DNA of 64,000 bases from Octopus vulgaris (GCA_951406725.2 OX597828.1:39928001-39992000), one strand, 5' to 3'; shown: positions 1-14,117, counted from the first letter of the stretch. Notes: generated by a model not told the origin, from the letters alone. Made by a program: numbers and translations.

Positions 1-232
1 AACTGGAACCCTCATCATTGTAACCAACAGAGTGCCAGACAGAGTAATTACAAGAGTTCCTTAATCTTCTTCCATCATCCCCTTTTCACCAAAAACACCA
101 AACTCTGACTAGGTCCATCCTCTAGAACTAATCTATTTAATACCTCCAACTTAACCACTACCCCAACGTTATGTGTGGTTACACTACAACACTTGCTTTC
201 CAAATGTACGAAATAAAAAATATATGAACATT

Positions 233-446
233 GGTTTCAACTTTTGGCACAAGGCCAGCAATTGTGAGGAAGGGTGCAAATTGATTACATTGACCCCAGT
301 ATTCAACTGGTACTTATTTCATCAATCTTGAAAGGATGAAAGGCAAATTCAAACCCAGAAGCATTTGAACTCAGAACATAATGTCACAAGAAATGCTGCT
401 AAACACTTCTTCTGGTTTGGTAACGATTCTGTCAGCTTGCCGCCTT
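233..446 (-). mobile_element. SINE family B copy (diverged, alternative tail)
   Basis: Homologous to 4096-4326. Flanked by direct repeat aatatatgaacatt (TSD). Confidence 0.8.
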
Positions 447-878
447 AATATATGAACATTAAACCTGCTCTTAATAAGACTAATAAGTTAAAAAGGGTAA
501 TAAATATGGGTCCTTTTACTTGGAACTTTTACACATACCCTTCTTATACCACAAATTGTTTTTGATTCTTAAATTTATTTATTTTGTATTTTTTTTTAGG
601 CTACTATTTGTAAAACTCTGCCTCAAAAAATACATCCAATCCATGCCAACATAGAAAAGCAAATGTGAAATGGCTACATTGACAATACTTTATATTTCTT
701 ATGATTTAGTCAAAGGAGAAGGGGCAACACCCAGGAAATTTTGTAGGGATTCTGAAATTGATGGCAAGGAGAGATAGGAAGAAACCATGATTCACAGCTT
801 ACCCCAAAACCTGCTTTAACTATCTGCAACAGTGTGGACCCAGTTAAAAACCATCCAAGGATAATGTGACAGCATTAA

Positions 879-1098
879 CCCTTTAGCATTCAGATTACTT
901 TGTCAAATGTAATGCTTATTTGAACCCCTTGTTTTGAATGGATCAGGTATTATCTCGTAGTTCTGAGATCTCGATGATGTGGTTATTTATTTTCAGAATG
1001 ACATAGTAGGGTAGGTGTGAGAGGCTAGATCTGGCCAGTTTCAACATAAAACTGGTAGAATATTAGGGCCTGTTATAGCCAGTTTTAATGCTAAAGGC
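879..1098. mobile_element. piggyBac-type MITE, family A
   Basis: TTAA|CCCTTTAGCATT ... AATGCTAAAGGC|TTAA termini. Homologous to 18512-18728 and 31156-31373. Confidence 0.8.
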
Positions 1099-1449
1099 TT
1101 AAACTAGATGACAAAACCTATCCTTAAAAAACAGATATATTCCATCTGATGGATCTCTCTACAGTGTTCTTCTTCCCAATTTGATTCACAGCGCTTGAAT
1201 CAATCCAAGACCACAGTAGAAGACACTTCCCTCAAGGTACTACACATGGAATCTAGCTTGGAATCATGAGACTGTGAAGCACACATCTTAGCCAATCACT
1301 CAACCATACATGACCCAGAGAGCCACACCTGGGCTTAAACCAAAATTTATCTGATATTCAGTGAGCTTGGAAGATAGTTGATTACTTCTACCTGCATGGC
1401 GTGAGCAGAGTCTAAAAGGATTGATGATAAAAAACTTAGAAAACCCGTC

Positions 1450-1810
1450 CAGGAGTGGCTTCCCAACCACATGGTTTTGGGTTCAGTCCCACTGCGTGGC
1501 ACCGTGGGCAAGTGTTTTCTACTATAGCCTCGGGCTGACCAAAGCCTTGTGAGTGAATTTGGTAGATGGAAACTGAAAGAAGCCCATCGTATATGTGTGT
1601 GTGTGTCAGTGTTTGTTCCTCCTCCATCGTTTGACAACCGATGCTGGTGTGTTTATGTCCCCGTAACTAAGTGGTTTGGCAAAAAAGACCAACAGAATAA
1701 GTACTAGGCTTACAAAGAAGTAATCTCAGTCCTGGGGTTGATTTGCTTGAATAAAGCGGTGCTCCAGCATGGCCGCAGTCAAATGACTGAAACCAGTAAA
1801 AGAATAAAAG
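1450..1810 (+). mobile_element. SINE family A (tRNA head, CORE-like central motif, internal microsatellite)
   Basis: B-box-like gggttcagtccc, gtggcacc.tgggcaagtgt motif, tail ...ggcggtgctccagcatggccgcagtcaaatgactgaaac...aaaaga. Many near-identical copies in the window. Confidence 0.85.
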
Positions 1811-2109
1811 AACAAAACCCATGCCAGCATGGAAAAGCAGATGAAAAATGATGACCATCATAATTTAACCTTAACACTGAGTCTGTTTAAGGAAATATCG
1901 ATTGTTGAGGGAGTTATACATGTATATTTGATTCTTATAGATGTCAGAGTGGGTGCTGACGTCTTAAGTTTTACATGATTTTTGATTTACACAGGGACTC
2001 CCTAAACCAGTCAACCATGCAAACTAAGGGACAACTAACTCTATTTGTGTGTGTATGATATGGTGACATCAATTCTTCAGGTCAAAAGATCAAGAGGAAG
2101 AGTGTCAGG

Positions 2110-2325
2110 CCCTTTCTTAAGTGGCTACATAAAGTGATCCTTGAATGTCAGGCTCTGGTGCATTTGCAGAAAACATGTAGGATTTGGCCAGATGGAGAGG
2201 GGAGATGACATGATGGAGACTCTTTCTTTCTTTGGTGTTTCTGAATGTTGCAGTTGCTCTGCTGGCATTCTCAAAGTTGATTGCTTTGGTCCAGATGCAG
2301 TCTTGCCACATTTCCCACTGTGCAA
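2110..2325 (-). mobile_element. RTE-clade LINE 3' end remnant
   Basis: Frameshifted translation WQDCIWTKAINFENAS...ERK and CKCTRA*HSRITLCSHLR, matching the C-terminal CxxC-R-C-SRIGLxSHxR zinc finger of RTE/BovB-like ORFs. Confidence 0.65.
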
Positions 2326-2336
2326 CAACATATATA

Positions 2337-3131
2337 TCTCTATATATATAAAACTGAGAATGTGTATCTGTCTGTGTGTTTCCCTAAAACTTGAGAACTA
2401 CACAACCAATTTCATTCAAATTCTATACATGCCTTACTTAGGGCCCGGGATGTGTCATCGGCAAAAAAAAAAATTTTAAACTTTTTGCCTAGGGCGAGCC
2501 CACAGCAATATCATATCTTCTCCACTACGATTCCCTAAAACTCGAGAACTACAAAACCAATTTCATTCAAATTTTACACATGCCTTACTTAGGGTCCATG
2601 TAGTTTCATGGGCAAAAAAAATGTTCAACGTCTTGCCTAGGGCGAGCCCATAGCAATATCATATCTTCTCCACTATTTCAGTATTACATGTTAAAAGTGA
2701 AACAAAAACATTTCTCTATTTTATGCCAGATACTTTCACTTTAACAATAAAAATAATAATAACAATTGAATTATATGTAGTAAGTAATAATTAAAATCAA
2801 ACTAAAGTATAATATAATCGTAACATAACAAAAGTAAAAATAGCAATTGGTATAAAATTGCATCAAGGATTTGAACTTGAATAAGTGGTTTCACATGAAT
2901 GGGAATAAATTAAAAATAAAATTTGCGTGCAGAAATGGAATAGTCCTACAATTCCAGTCTGTTATATATTTTCAGTATTGTTATCACTAGCGATATCAAG
3001 ATATAACTTTGTATTTTGTATTTTATGTGTAGATGTATATATATAGATGTACATGTAATATGTACACATATATATACACATATATACATGCACTAGCACT
3101 ATGACCCGTCAAAGACGGGTCATAATGCTAG
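2337..3131 (+). mobile_element. Non-autonomous Helitron
   Basis: Starts A|TCtctatatatataaaa and ends CTAG|T. Subterminal hairpin atgacccgtc-aaa-gacgggtcat, no TSD, internal ~150-bp direct duplication. Confidence 0.85.
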
Positions 3132-4095
3132 TATATATATATATCATGTGTATGCATGTATACACACACTTGTCTATGCAAGGTACAAGGTGGCTTTTGT
3201 CTGTAATTTCAGTAAAAGACACACTCAAACATGTATATGCATAAATAAATTTTAAAAACTCTGAGAACTGTGTTTTGACATCTACTTTGTTAAATAAAGC
3301 TTCTGTTGTTAAGAGTTATCGGGTTTCCCTAATCTGACATGAATATAATATAAAGTGTAGTTTAACAGTTTATCAACATCCTGCCCTGTCCACAGAGAGT
3401 TCCTGATCCAATTTCAATTGATATCAGATCAAATTACAAGTACTGAGTATTGTGAGCAATTATTTCTCTTTTCAAAACTGGAGTGGTGAAACAGAATAAG
3501 TTGCACAACCAACAGAGACACTCTATCACCACCACCACCACCACCACCACCATGAATGTGTTTTTATACCTGACTGTCCTATGCTGTCAAGGTTGGGACA
3601 GGACTTCACAGGGCAGTAGTACCCAACAGGCAGTTGCCCATCATGATGCTCAACTATTGCTTCATATAGGGTTTTTATTTCAATAGTCATCACATGATAA
3701 ACCACCACATAGGAGGGTTTGTTAAAGGGGGACATAACCAAACATCACTACTGCACAAAGGGTGTAAATATGAAGGTACACATACACACACAAATACATA
3801 ATGGGCTTCTATACAGTTTCCATCAGTTAAATTTACTCATAAGACAATGAGCAACCCGAGCTTATAGTATCATACAGTGAAACTGAACCTAAAATAATGT
3901 AAATTGCAAAGCAAACTGCTCAAATACACAGCCATATGCATGCTTGTAATTTTTCAGGTAACGAAGCTCGTATTTAGAAAAGCTTTATCTTTGATTATCA
4001 TCAAAAGTGTTTAAAGATTAAAAGATTAAATTAGTATAAATCCAGATCAATTCCATAGGTCCGGATTTAAACAAACCTAATCTTATGAATATACT

Positions 4096-4326
4096 TATTT
4101 CTTTACTACCCACAAGGGGCTAAACACAGAGGAGACAAACAAGGACAGACAAACGGATTAAGTCGATTACATCGACCCCAGTGCGTAACTGGTACTTAAT
4201 TTATCGACCCCGAAAGGATGAAAGGTAAAGTCGACCTTGGCGGAATTTGAACTCAGAACGTAACGGCAGACGAAATACGGCTACGCATTTCGCCCGGGGT
4301 GTTAACGGTTCTGCCAGCTCGCCGCC
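4096..4326 (-). mobile_element. SINE family B, full-length young copy
   Basis: Head ggcggcgagctggcagaa, B box gagttcaaattcc, body gtcgactttacctttcatcctttcggggtcgataaattaagtaccag. 18-bp TSD taatcttatgaa(t/c)atact at 4078-4095 and 4327-4344. Confidence 0.9.
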
Positions 4327-5584
4327 TAATCTTATGAACATACTGTAACACAACAGATAAAAGAATTACTAGCATTAGTTAAGAAATAAAAGGTCCTAAT
4401 TGAAGATCAGTCAGAGTACAATGTAAATATCCAGGGATGGAACAACTAATGACAATTGGTTTGAAATGTAGTATAGATATAATTAATTTATACCTGGGTA
4501 CTTGTTTTACACTGTGAAATGTGTATTCCACTGGCAGTGAGCTACCATTATAAATAAATAAAAAAAATGTGAAATAGATAGCTAACTGCTCCAATTACAA
4601 CTGTGATACTAATCCACTGCTCATATCATGCATGATGGTGTGTTACTGTTTCAGTTTTCTTGGCACTTCAACTGCCAACATTTTAAAGAGCAAGTTTACC
4701 TATTGCTGCAATCTAATAGCTTGACAACATGTGGAAGGAAGGAAGGTAACATTGTGAACAGCATGCCTTGAGCACTTTAAGAGTGGTGAAGCCCATTCCA
4801 CTCCAGGTCTGAACATAGCTGATTTCTTCCAGAGAGAAAGGAGAAGTAGCCAGTTCTCTCTCTCTCTCTGTCTCACACACACACAGAGGCATTGTTGTGT
4901 GATTAGTTGCTTCGTAACCACATGGCTTCAGGTTCTGTCCCACAGGGCAAATGTCTTCTACTATAACCCTGAGCAAGCCTGTAAAGCCTTCTGAGTGGTT
5001 CTGGTAGGTGAAAATCAAAAGAACTCTGTCCGGCATCACACAAGAAGCACCTGTATCCACATCATGTAAAAGACACTCAGTACATTCTGTAAAGCGGTGG
5101 GCATTAGGAAGGGCATCCAGCTATAGAAACCAAGCCAAAACAGATGACTGGAGTCTGGTAAAGCCCTCCGGCTTGCCAGCTCCTGTCAAAACCATCCAAC
5201 CCATGCTAGCATGGAAAATGGAAAATGGATGTTAAATGATGATCATGATGATATGTGTGTGTGCATATATACACACAAACACACACATATATATATACAC
5301 ACACACATACACATCATGTATGTACATGCATGCATTTGTGTATGTCTGCGTGTGTATTACAGTCTCCTTGTCTTGACATCACATGACAATTGTAAACAAG
5401 TGTCACCATCATCTGAGCTATGTCCTTCATTTTCAATCTTCTATGAAAACATGTCCTGTGTTACTTAAAAATGTGGCAAGAGCATCCAGCCATAAATACC
5501 TCAAATAAACTCCATCTGATGAATGTTAAAAATGGTGATGATGATCATTCTATATACACCCAAACATATACATATATACATATA

Positions 5585-5735
5585 CCAGATTCTAATGTGT
5601 ATAAGGAACCCTTTTTTGTCAAAAATTAGGTTTAAAAAATATGGATAGTATTATAATCCCTTACAAAACCATTTTTTTTTTTCAAATTTTAAACCCCCAA
5701 TAATTAGGGGGTTCCTTATACACATTAAAATACAG
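5585..5735. mobile_element. Tc1/mariner-superfamily (Tc2/pogo-like) MITE
   Basis: TA-flanked ~27-bp imperfect TIRs ccagattctaatgtgtataaggaaccc / gggttccttatacacattaaaatacag. Confidence 0.7.
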
Positions 5736-7465
5736 TATACATAAATGTAGACGCACAGACACCTCAAATGAATACTGTACTATTTTTATGCCAATGTTTC
5801 TTACTTTCAAACTTCACCTATGACTCAGTTTTATACTTCTAAGGCACTTTCCCCCAATTATGTGACATCCATTTCCTGAATATATGAATATGAGTAGGAT
5901 GAAAAAATAAAAACTAAAGCAACAAATTGCAGATGAAGTGGGTGTGGCTGCAGTAAGATATTATATCATTAACATATTCATATGTTAACACATTAACATA
6001 TCTATTCATATATTCGTGTTCCTTTCATGTAGAATCAAATCATAGCACATCATACAAAATGATTAAATTCTTCCAAGTTATTGACCAAGTTAAATTAAAT
6101 AACAGTTAATTATAATGTAAAGGTTGTTGTACAGAGTATTCTTTGACATAGCTGTACATTCATATGCATTATCATTTTAATGTCCATTTTACCAAGCTTG
6201 CCTGAATCAGATGGAAGTCACTGAGGCAGATTTTCTATGACTGAATGCCCTTCCTGTTGCCAACTCTCACCTGTTTCCCAGCAAGGTAATATTTCTCCAA
6301 AGCCAAACATATTCTCAGTAATGAATACCACGACTTGTATCACAGTGACAATCATTTACAACTGTTACGTGATGTCAAGGTGAGACAAAAACACACATTC
6401 ACACACAGGGATTAAGTCAATTACATCGACCCCAGTGCGTAACTGGTACTTAATTTATTGACCCCGAAAGGATGAAAGGCAAATTTGAACTCAGAACGTA
6501 ACGGCAGATGAAATACCGCTAAGCATTTTGCCCAGCGTGTTAAAGTTTCTGCCAGCTTGCTGCCTTATTTCAGTTTCCATCTACCAAATCCATTAACAAG
6601 GCTTTAGTTAACCAAGGGCTACTTTAGAAAACACTTTCCCAATGCCATGTAGTGGGATTGAACCTGGGACCATGTGGCTAGGTAGCAAACTTCTTGCCAC
6701 ACACAAAATTCCTTGTTATATAGGTTTGTGCACAATAAACAAGTACTGAATAAAGGAGTCAATACAAGTTGAAGGGCTGCAGTAATATCGGTTACCAATG
6801 GTGACCATTTGCTTTGGTGCTTCACCAATGATGCTGGTTTCTCAACAAACTGTTTTGAGAAGTTGTTATCTCTGAAGCTTCCAAGTAAAAAGTCACCATT
6901 GATAATTATTCTGTATCTATGTCTACACACACACACACATGCACTATTTCTCTTTCTTTCTCTCTCTCTCCTCCCCAACACATTCTCTCATTATCTATAT
7001 GCTCTTCATATTATATTAGAACCCTCCCCAGACTGCACGGAACCTTGTAGGATCATGCAAAGGTGGGAGTTTAATGTGATTACAATAAGAGATGAAACCT
7101 GAGCAGTAAGACTGTCATGCACTGAGCACATCCACTCCCCACCCCCATACAAACAAAATCCTTTCTGATGTTGATCATCTGTAAAAATTGTATTATAAAA
7201 TTTAATTTATGACAGTAATCTGATAACAAAACCAATGATTTTAAATCCATTTTAATCCATTTTAAATCGATTTTCCTCATGATGACCTAATGAAACTGAT
7301 GTCAGTAAATTATTATATTTGCATGTGAATAGGAAAATGTAAATAAATTATATGTATTGGTGTGAAGGACAAGTCATATGTAGATTGCAGAGAAAGTTTC
7401 TATGGCAAGGGTGGAAATCGAGAAAAACTCAAAAACTAGTTTCATAACATTCTTTAACAGATATG

Positions 7466-7696
7466 TATTTCTTTACTACCCACAAGGGGCTAAACATAGA
7501 GGGGACAAACAAGGACAGACAAAGGGACTGAGTCGATTACATCGACTCCAGTGCGAAACTGGTACTTTATTTATCGACCCTGAGAGGATGAAAGGCAAAG
7601 TCGACCTCGGTGGAATTTGAACTCAGAACGTAACGACAGACGAAATACAGCTACGCATTTCGCCCGGCGTGCTAACGTTTCTGCCAGCTCGCCGCC
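7466..7696 (-). mobile_element. SINE family B, full-length copy
   Basis: Near-identical to 4096-4326. 13-bp TSD tttaacagatatg at 7453-7465 and 7697-7709. Further diverged copies at about 6408-6566 and 7946-8160. Confidence 0.9.
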
Positions 7697-9000
7697 TTTA
7701 ACAGATATGGGCAACCTTTTCTGACAAGCAGGCCACAAGAGACATAGCTCATCAGCAAGCAGGCAACATGACAAAAAAAAGAGTCAAGGTTATTTTTATA
7801 AGGTATGCCATTCAGTAAGTCCTGCAGGCTGCCCATGAACGGCCTAGAACACAGCCTAAAAAATAAGATGATGTAAGATTTAGACAGGAAGAAGGAAAGA
7901 CCTATCAAATATGGTTGCAGAGTAAATTAGACAATTGAATAATACTGGTTTCAAATTTTGGCACATGGCCAACTATTTCAGGGAAGAGGGTAAGTCAGTT
8001 AGATTGACCCCACCCCTCTCAACTGGAACTTATTCTATTAACCCTGAAAGGATGAAAGGCAAAAGATGGCCTTGGCGGAATTTGAATTCAGAATGTAAAA
8101 ATGGATGAAATGCCGCTAAGCATTTTTCCCAGTGTGCCAATGATTTTGCAAGCTCCCAACCTTCAAAATATTTGAATAATCTACTATATACTGGTGTTTT
8201 TCTCCATCACAATATATGAATGAGAAAGGAAGGGGTGATAGATGAATAAAGAAAGGAGGGGTGATGGCAAACTGGTAATGAGAGCATTCCAACTCTGTGA
8301 ATATATGTGTGTGTATGTAAATGCTTGTGAGTGTGTGTGTGTACAATGGAAGCAGGATGGTGAACATTCAATGCTGAAAAGAAAAATCAAACAGCGTTTC
8401 ATCACTGTGTGAGTATATGTGTGCATGTGTGTGTACAAGGGAAGTATGTGAATGCATGTGTGTGTACAAGGGAAGTATGTGAATGTATGTGTGAACCAGT
8501 GTTCTTTCAGTAGCAAGTGATGATCAATGTCACGTCTCAAAAGACAACCACCAAATAACATTGATGAGTGTATCAATTTGATTTACCATCCATATTTATA
8601 TATATAAAATCCTACAATTAGCCATCATTTTTGACAGCACGGGGCCAGCTAGTACTAATTGTAATTATCACCATGGAGATGCTCATGCGGATGCTGTAAT
8701 ACAAAAATTAGCTTCAAAGCTTTGAATAAAAAAAAAAAGGTTTAGGACAGAATATACTGTTCCCTTGTTTAGAATCTGAAGAAGTGAACATGACATTACA
8801 ACATGGGTGCAAGCAGGATTTGAACCTATGCTGGGCGTTGGGGAAAATCCCTGTAGAGTTGATTGACATAGCTGAGTGTAAAGGGTCACATGTGAACATA
8901 AAATTGTTTGGTTAAACTATGTATGACAGGAAGGAAAAAATAATCAACAAGGAATATATTTCAAATAAAATATAATAGAAAGATCAACTGAATCACTCAC

Positions 9001-9628
9001 CGGTCATTAAGTCATTTATGGCCTTCGCTCGTTCTCCATAATCCCACGGTACCTCATAGTTTCCCTGACCTGCATCATCGCCAGCAGCCCAGTTGCCACT
9101 GGACAATGATGGAACACCACTAACTTGATGCTTTGGAGACGTTTTGATATGTGAAGCCTGAAATTTTTCTTCTAACATTTTTTGCTTTGCAGCAGAGTCC
9201 CATGGCTCTTCATACATACTACTACTTGGTTGTTTCCGTACAGACCGAGGCTCAAGGTAATCAGAGTCCAAAGCTGAATTGCTCTTCTCTGCTAAACCCA
9301 ATTTCTCATGCAATAATTTCTGACGTCGGGCAAGATCCCAAGGTTCTTCATAGTTACCAGTTCCAACTTGCTGAGATTTCAATCGTCCATCGCCGGTCGG
9401 CGATGGCAACGAGTGAATACCTGCAGCAGAAACCTTTTCTTCTAGTTGCCTCTTACGCAGTTCTGAATCCCAAGGTTCTTCATATGTTTGTGATTCCATT
9501 GTGACTTCCCGTATCGGGGAGGATTCGGATAACATCTCCACTGTCATTCCAGTCGGACTACTAGGATGGGATGATGCGGACGATTGAGAATGACTGTCCA
9601 GTTCGGAGGAATATTGTCGTTCAGCAGC
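9001..9628 (-). CDS. Internal coding exon (third of three) with repeated YEEPWD motifs, SHB/SHD/SHE/SHF-like adaptor
   Basis: tttctacttattcaAG acceptor before 9628 and ACCG|GTGAGT donor after 9001. 628 nt, phase 0 to 1, open throughout (AAERQYSSEL...TYEEPWD...NYEEPWD...DYLEP...MYEEPWD...NYEVPWD...DLMT). YxxPW[DE] motifs are typical of SHB-family adaptors N-terminal to their SH2 domain; the SH2 domain is not seen, so the family call is inferred. Confidence 0.88.
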
Positions 9629-11510
9629 CTTGAATAAGTAGAAACAAAAAACAAAGTCAATACACGGAGCAAAACATTACATTACATCAATAGAGATTAC
9701 ATTTAACAATGGGATCCCAAGATGGCTGCAACTCTTGGACTGAAAAATGTAAAATAGTAAAGGCTTTTTGAAGTTATCGTGTGTGATCAAACATTGCTAA
9801 GTATTTTGCCTGGCATGCTAACAATTCTGCCAGCTTAGGTAAAACCATAATAATAAAGTTTTATCTGTATCTATGACAAGAAATTTCAAAATTTCAGACC
9901 AATTCGGTAAGGAAAAAAAAAAAAACTATTTGAGAGTAGATAAAATGTCAATAAAATAAATAAATAAATAAGCCAACCATGTCACTGATTTAACAATTTA
10001 TGAGTTATTTTGAACTGTATTCATTTTGACCAAAAAAGTGACATACTTCTGTGAGGAGAAATTTAATGGGTGATGAAAAGGGATGAAAAGATGAAAGACA
10101 AAGTCAGTGTTGCTAGGATTTGAACTTAAAACAAAGAGAAAACCACAAATAGTCAAGTAACTAGCTTGGTACTTTCCAATCTCAGAGTCATCCACCACTG
10201 CTGCCACCTCCACTACTGCTGCCGCCGCCGCTGCCACCACCACCACACACTCCCCATTACCATCGTCTGGTTGTCAAGTTTTCCACAAGACTAAGCACTC
10301 TGCCCCAGCCCCACCCTTAACAGTGTGTACTGGGTGCACTTTTATCATGGGCCCCAGCACTAGGGAAGACAGAGATGAGAGAGTGAGGAATAGCATGAGG
10401 TGGATAAACGAGAGTGAATGATGGGTGTTGATATCAAATATTCATGAGGGAGTACAGGTAGATTCTATGGGGTACATGCAAATCTGATGAGGTCCCTTAT
10501 GTCAGTACCTTAAGATGATGAGAGAACTGGGGTGATAAGGATAAAAGAGGGAGGAGGGTGGACCCAAGAGTATAAATGAATAATTAAGAAGCATTAGAAT
10601 TTTGGGTATAGTGACACTGCAAATCTTTCCTTTCATCTCCTGGGGGCAGAGTAAATGGTAGTTAGTGCCAACAGACAATCAGAACTGAGTTGTGGATTTA
10701 CTTTTTCAAAGAACTTACTGCATTACCACCATTGCATCACAGCAGCTGTAATAATAACGGAGCCATCACACGCAGTTACACAACCCACAAGAAATTTCAC
10801 AGGAGAAACAAGACAACACAAATGAACAGGTACAAGTCACCCAGGAGACATCAGTATCAGCAGATTAAACTAATCCTGGAAGGATGAAAGGTTAAGTTCA
10901 CCCTAGTAGAATTTGAACTCACAATGTTAAGAGTTAGAACAAATATCACAACTGAACTCCCTCAACTGTGAGACCAGGTGCCAATATCTTAGAAACCAAT
11001 TGCAACAACTTTTTGTAATATTTACTCAAAATCATTTCTCTTCATAAGAATTATGGATGACATACTTAAAGGATTGGAAATGAGAGGTTGTGAAGTTCAT
11101 GCCTTTCCTTAAGGAACACAATGTAATAAGAGAAGTTAAATGTCATTAACTTAAATACCAACCGACACACCTGAAATCACTCCTCGTTCTAAGAAACCAA
11201 ACCTGGTGGTTTAAAGTGTTTCTATTTAAAGAAAGACCTTCCAACATAATTTCATATACCATTTCTTTTGTTAAATTATGTTCTAAAACACCAAATGACT
11301 GCTGGCAAGGTTAGTTACTTACTAAATCCCAACATTTGCAAAATTAATTAAAAGTATAGTTAATCAGAAACATAGCAATGAAGGATTTAACTGAAGAAAC
11401 AAAACCTAATTGCAGATACAAACTGAAAATATCAAATGACATTATTTGTAAAAAAAAAGTTTGTATTGTTCTTTTTTTTTTTGCTTCTTTTTTTTCTCTA
11501 TGTTTTCTTA

Positions 11511-11670
11511 GGTGCAGGAATGGCTATGTGGGTAAGGATTTTACTTCCCAACCACATGATTTCAGGTTCCATCCAGCTGTGCAGCACCTTGAGCAAGTGT
11601 CTTCTACTGGGCCCCAGGCCAACCAATGCTGTATGAGTGAATTTGATAGCCAAAAACTGTATGGACGCCT

Positions 11671-11718
<48 letters not shown>

Positions 11719-11975
11719 CACACACACATACATGCATACTTGTGCGTGTGTGTGTGTGTGTGTATGTATGTCTCACCAGCACCATTGCTTGACATCTGAT
11801 GTACGTTTGTTTATGATCCCATAACTTAGCAGTTTGGCAAAAATGACTGACAGAATAAGCACCAGACTTTAAAAAATAATTAAGCACTGGGGCTGATTTT
11901 GTTTGACAAAGCCCTGCAAGGCAGTGTCGTAGCATTGCCTCACTCCAATGGCTCCACAAGCGAAAACAAATAAAA
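11511..11975 (+). mobile_element. SINE family A, older copy with expanded (TA)n/(TG)n middle
   Basis: Head aggtgcaggaatggctatgtgggtaag, cttgagcaagtgtcttctact motif, family A tail. Confidence 0.75.
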
Positions 11976-13356
11976 AACACAAGATATATAAGGTTTGCTG
12001 ATGTAATCAAAGCACGGCTGTGTCATAGTTAAGAAATTTGCTTCGCAACATGGTTCAATCTCACTGTGACGCACTTCAGAGTAACTGTCTTCTACAAAAG
12101 TGACTTCTACTTTAATTTATGCAAATTACCCAGGGCAATAAGTGCACTCTACTCTTGATGTGTATGTTTAAGTGTCATCTTACGCAGGAATCAAAGGTAG
12201 GACAATTCCAGTACTGATGATGTTTATTGAGACAGGAACACATGCACACAGCTATCCTCTTGTTACAGACTATCAGACTGTCTTCCCTTTAAGGGCATGT
12301 CAATTCTAGAGAATTCTTGATTCTTCAGATTATCTCCCCCTTTTCATTTAGAGTTGGACTGAAATGTCATTATGCAATTACTTTTATTTTATATAAAAGT
12401 GGAGATAATGTCAATAAATCAAAGTATTTACTACGTATGGCAATTAACACACCTTTTCTTATTGTTGTTCAAATCCATGCCACTACCCACTTTGGATTGT
12501 CTCATCTGACTATAACTTTTGGATGTTTTAACACTCAGTGCTTGAGCGGAGTCATCCCCACTGTGCCAACCCATAGCATACCACTGAACAAACAAAATAC
12601 ATATACTGAGTATGTGCAGTCATCATCATCATAATCAGCATCATTATCATCAGTGTTTAATGTCTGCTTTCCATGCTGGCATGGGTTGGATGGTTTAACA
12701 GAAACTGGTTAGGCAGAAGGCCGCACCAGACTTCTGTGTCTGCTTTGGCATCGTTTTTACGGCTGGGTGCCCTTTCAAATGCCAACCACTTTACAGTGTG
12801 GACTGGATGCCTTTTATATGACACCAGCACTCAATAACATTATGTCTGTCTGTCTGTCACTGCATTGACCAGACAATCAGAAATTGTTATACATGGCTGG
12901 TCACAGTGCACTTCCCCACATTGTTGTAGTTTTCAAATGATAGAGGTAGCATGCAGGCAGGTCAACATTATTGCTGGAGGGAAGGCTGGTCCTTAGCAGG
13001 GTCACCTATTTACACGAAAAGGAGTATTTTGTTTATGAACACAATGCAGTGCTGGTCTGGGAATTGAAACTACAATCTTGCAATAATGAGTGCAACATCC
13101 TAACCACTATGCCATGCACCTACACCTTCACACATACACAGTTGTAGTGATGGGCCTTTATACACACACACACACACACACACATAAGGCCCATAATTTT
13201 AACTAATTATCAAAAGTCAAAGATTCAAGCACACAAAATTAGCTTGGAAATGTCAGCAAATACCACACAGACCCAACTATTTTGTAATTCAATAACAAAC
13301 ACACGTAAGCACAATTTCTAAATTAAATTGTTACCAGAACTGGGACTTAGACAAAC

Positions 13357-13388
<32 letters not shown>

Positions 13389-14050
13389 TATTTACACAGA
13401 TACATATAGATATATGCATGCACATGTACATATACATACACACATTTACACACACACACACCTGTACCTACACATATATGCACACATGCATTCACACACA
13501 TACAGACATGTATGTACGCATATACATACACATATACAGGCATATGCACACACACACACACAAATGGGAACAGAAATGCTCATAATATGGAACAATGTTT
13601 TTTTCTTCGATGAAATGTTGCTCAGCACCTGAATGAGTGTGCGCACAAGAACAGATTATCAAATTTGGAACAGTAAATAGCAGGCCATAATGAGGTTTAG
13701 GAACATTGATAAATTGAAAATAAACTTCAGAAACTTTCAACATGAATGTCACAGATATATGTGACTTGGTGGGGGGGGGGGGGTGATGGTATTAAAAGGA
13801 AAGAAATAATAGTATTTATAATAATAATAAAAATAGTAGTAGTAGTAGTAGTAGTAGAAGTAGTAGTAGTAGTAATAATAATAATGATTGATAAACAGGG
13901 AAACGAAATTAACTGCTTGGGTAAGTAATCCTGAATGTTTAACATTTTTCTGTATGTAGGTGGGGTGGGGTTAAAATACTTTACAAAACTTCTACAGGCC
14001 AATTATTTAGATAAATAGATAGATAAATACAGACAGAGAGGGATAAAGAA

Positions 14051-14053
<3 letters not shown>

Positions 14054-14110
<57 letters not shown>
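14054..14110. repeat. (GA)n microsatellite
   Basis: Direct reading. One of many simple repeats, e.g. (CA/TA)n 13357-13561, (GAT)n 23331-23367 and 24670-24703, (ATCT)n 26314-26428, (ATT)n 27985-28020, (AAT)n 57878-57921. Confidence 0.95.

Positions 14111-14117
<7 letters not shown>

Noticed and set aside
2125-2331. Next exon of the adaptor gene
   Set aside because: Splicing at the cacAG in the required phase gives an early stop, and the sequence matches an RTE LINE C-terminus.
6619-6981. 120-aa minus ORF as an exon (also 3526-3741)
   Set aside because: No recognisable motif, the apparent acceptor is incompatible in phase with the preceding exon, and the ends run into repeats.
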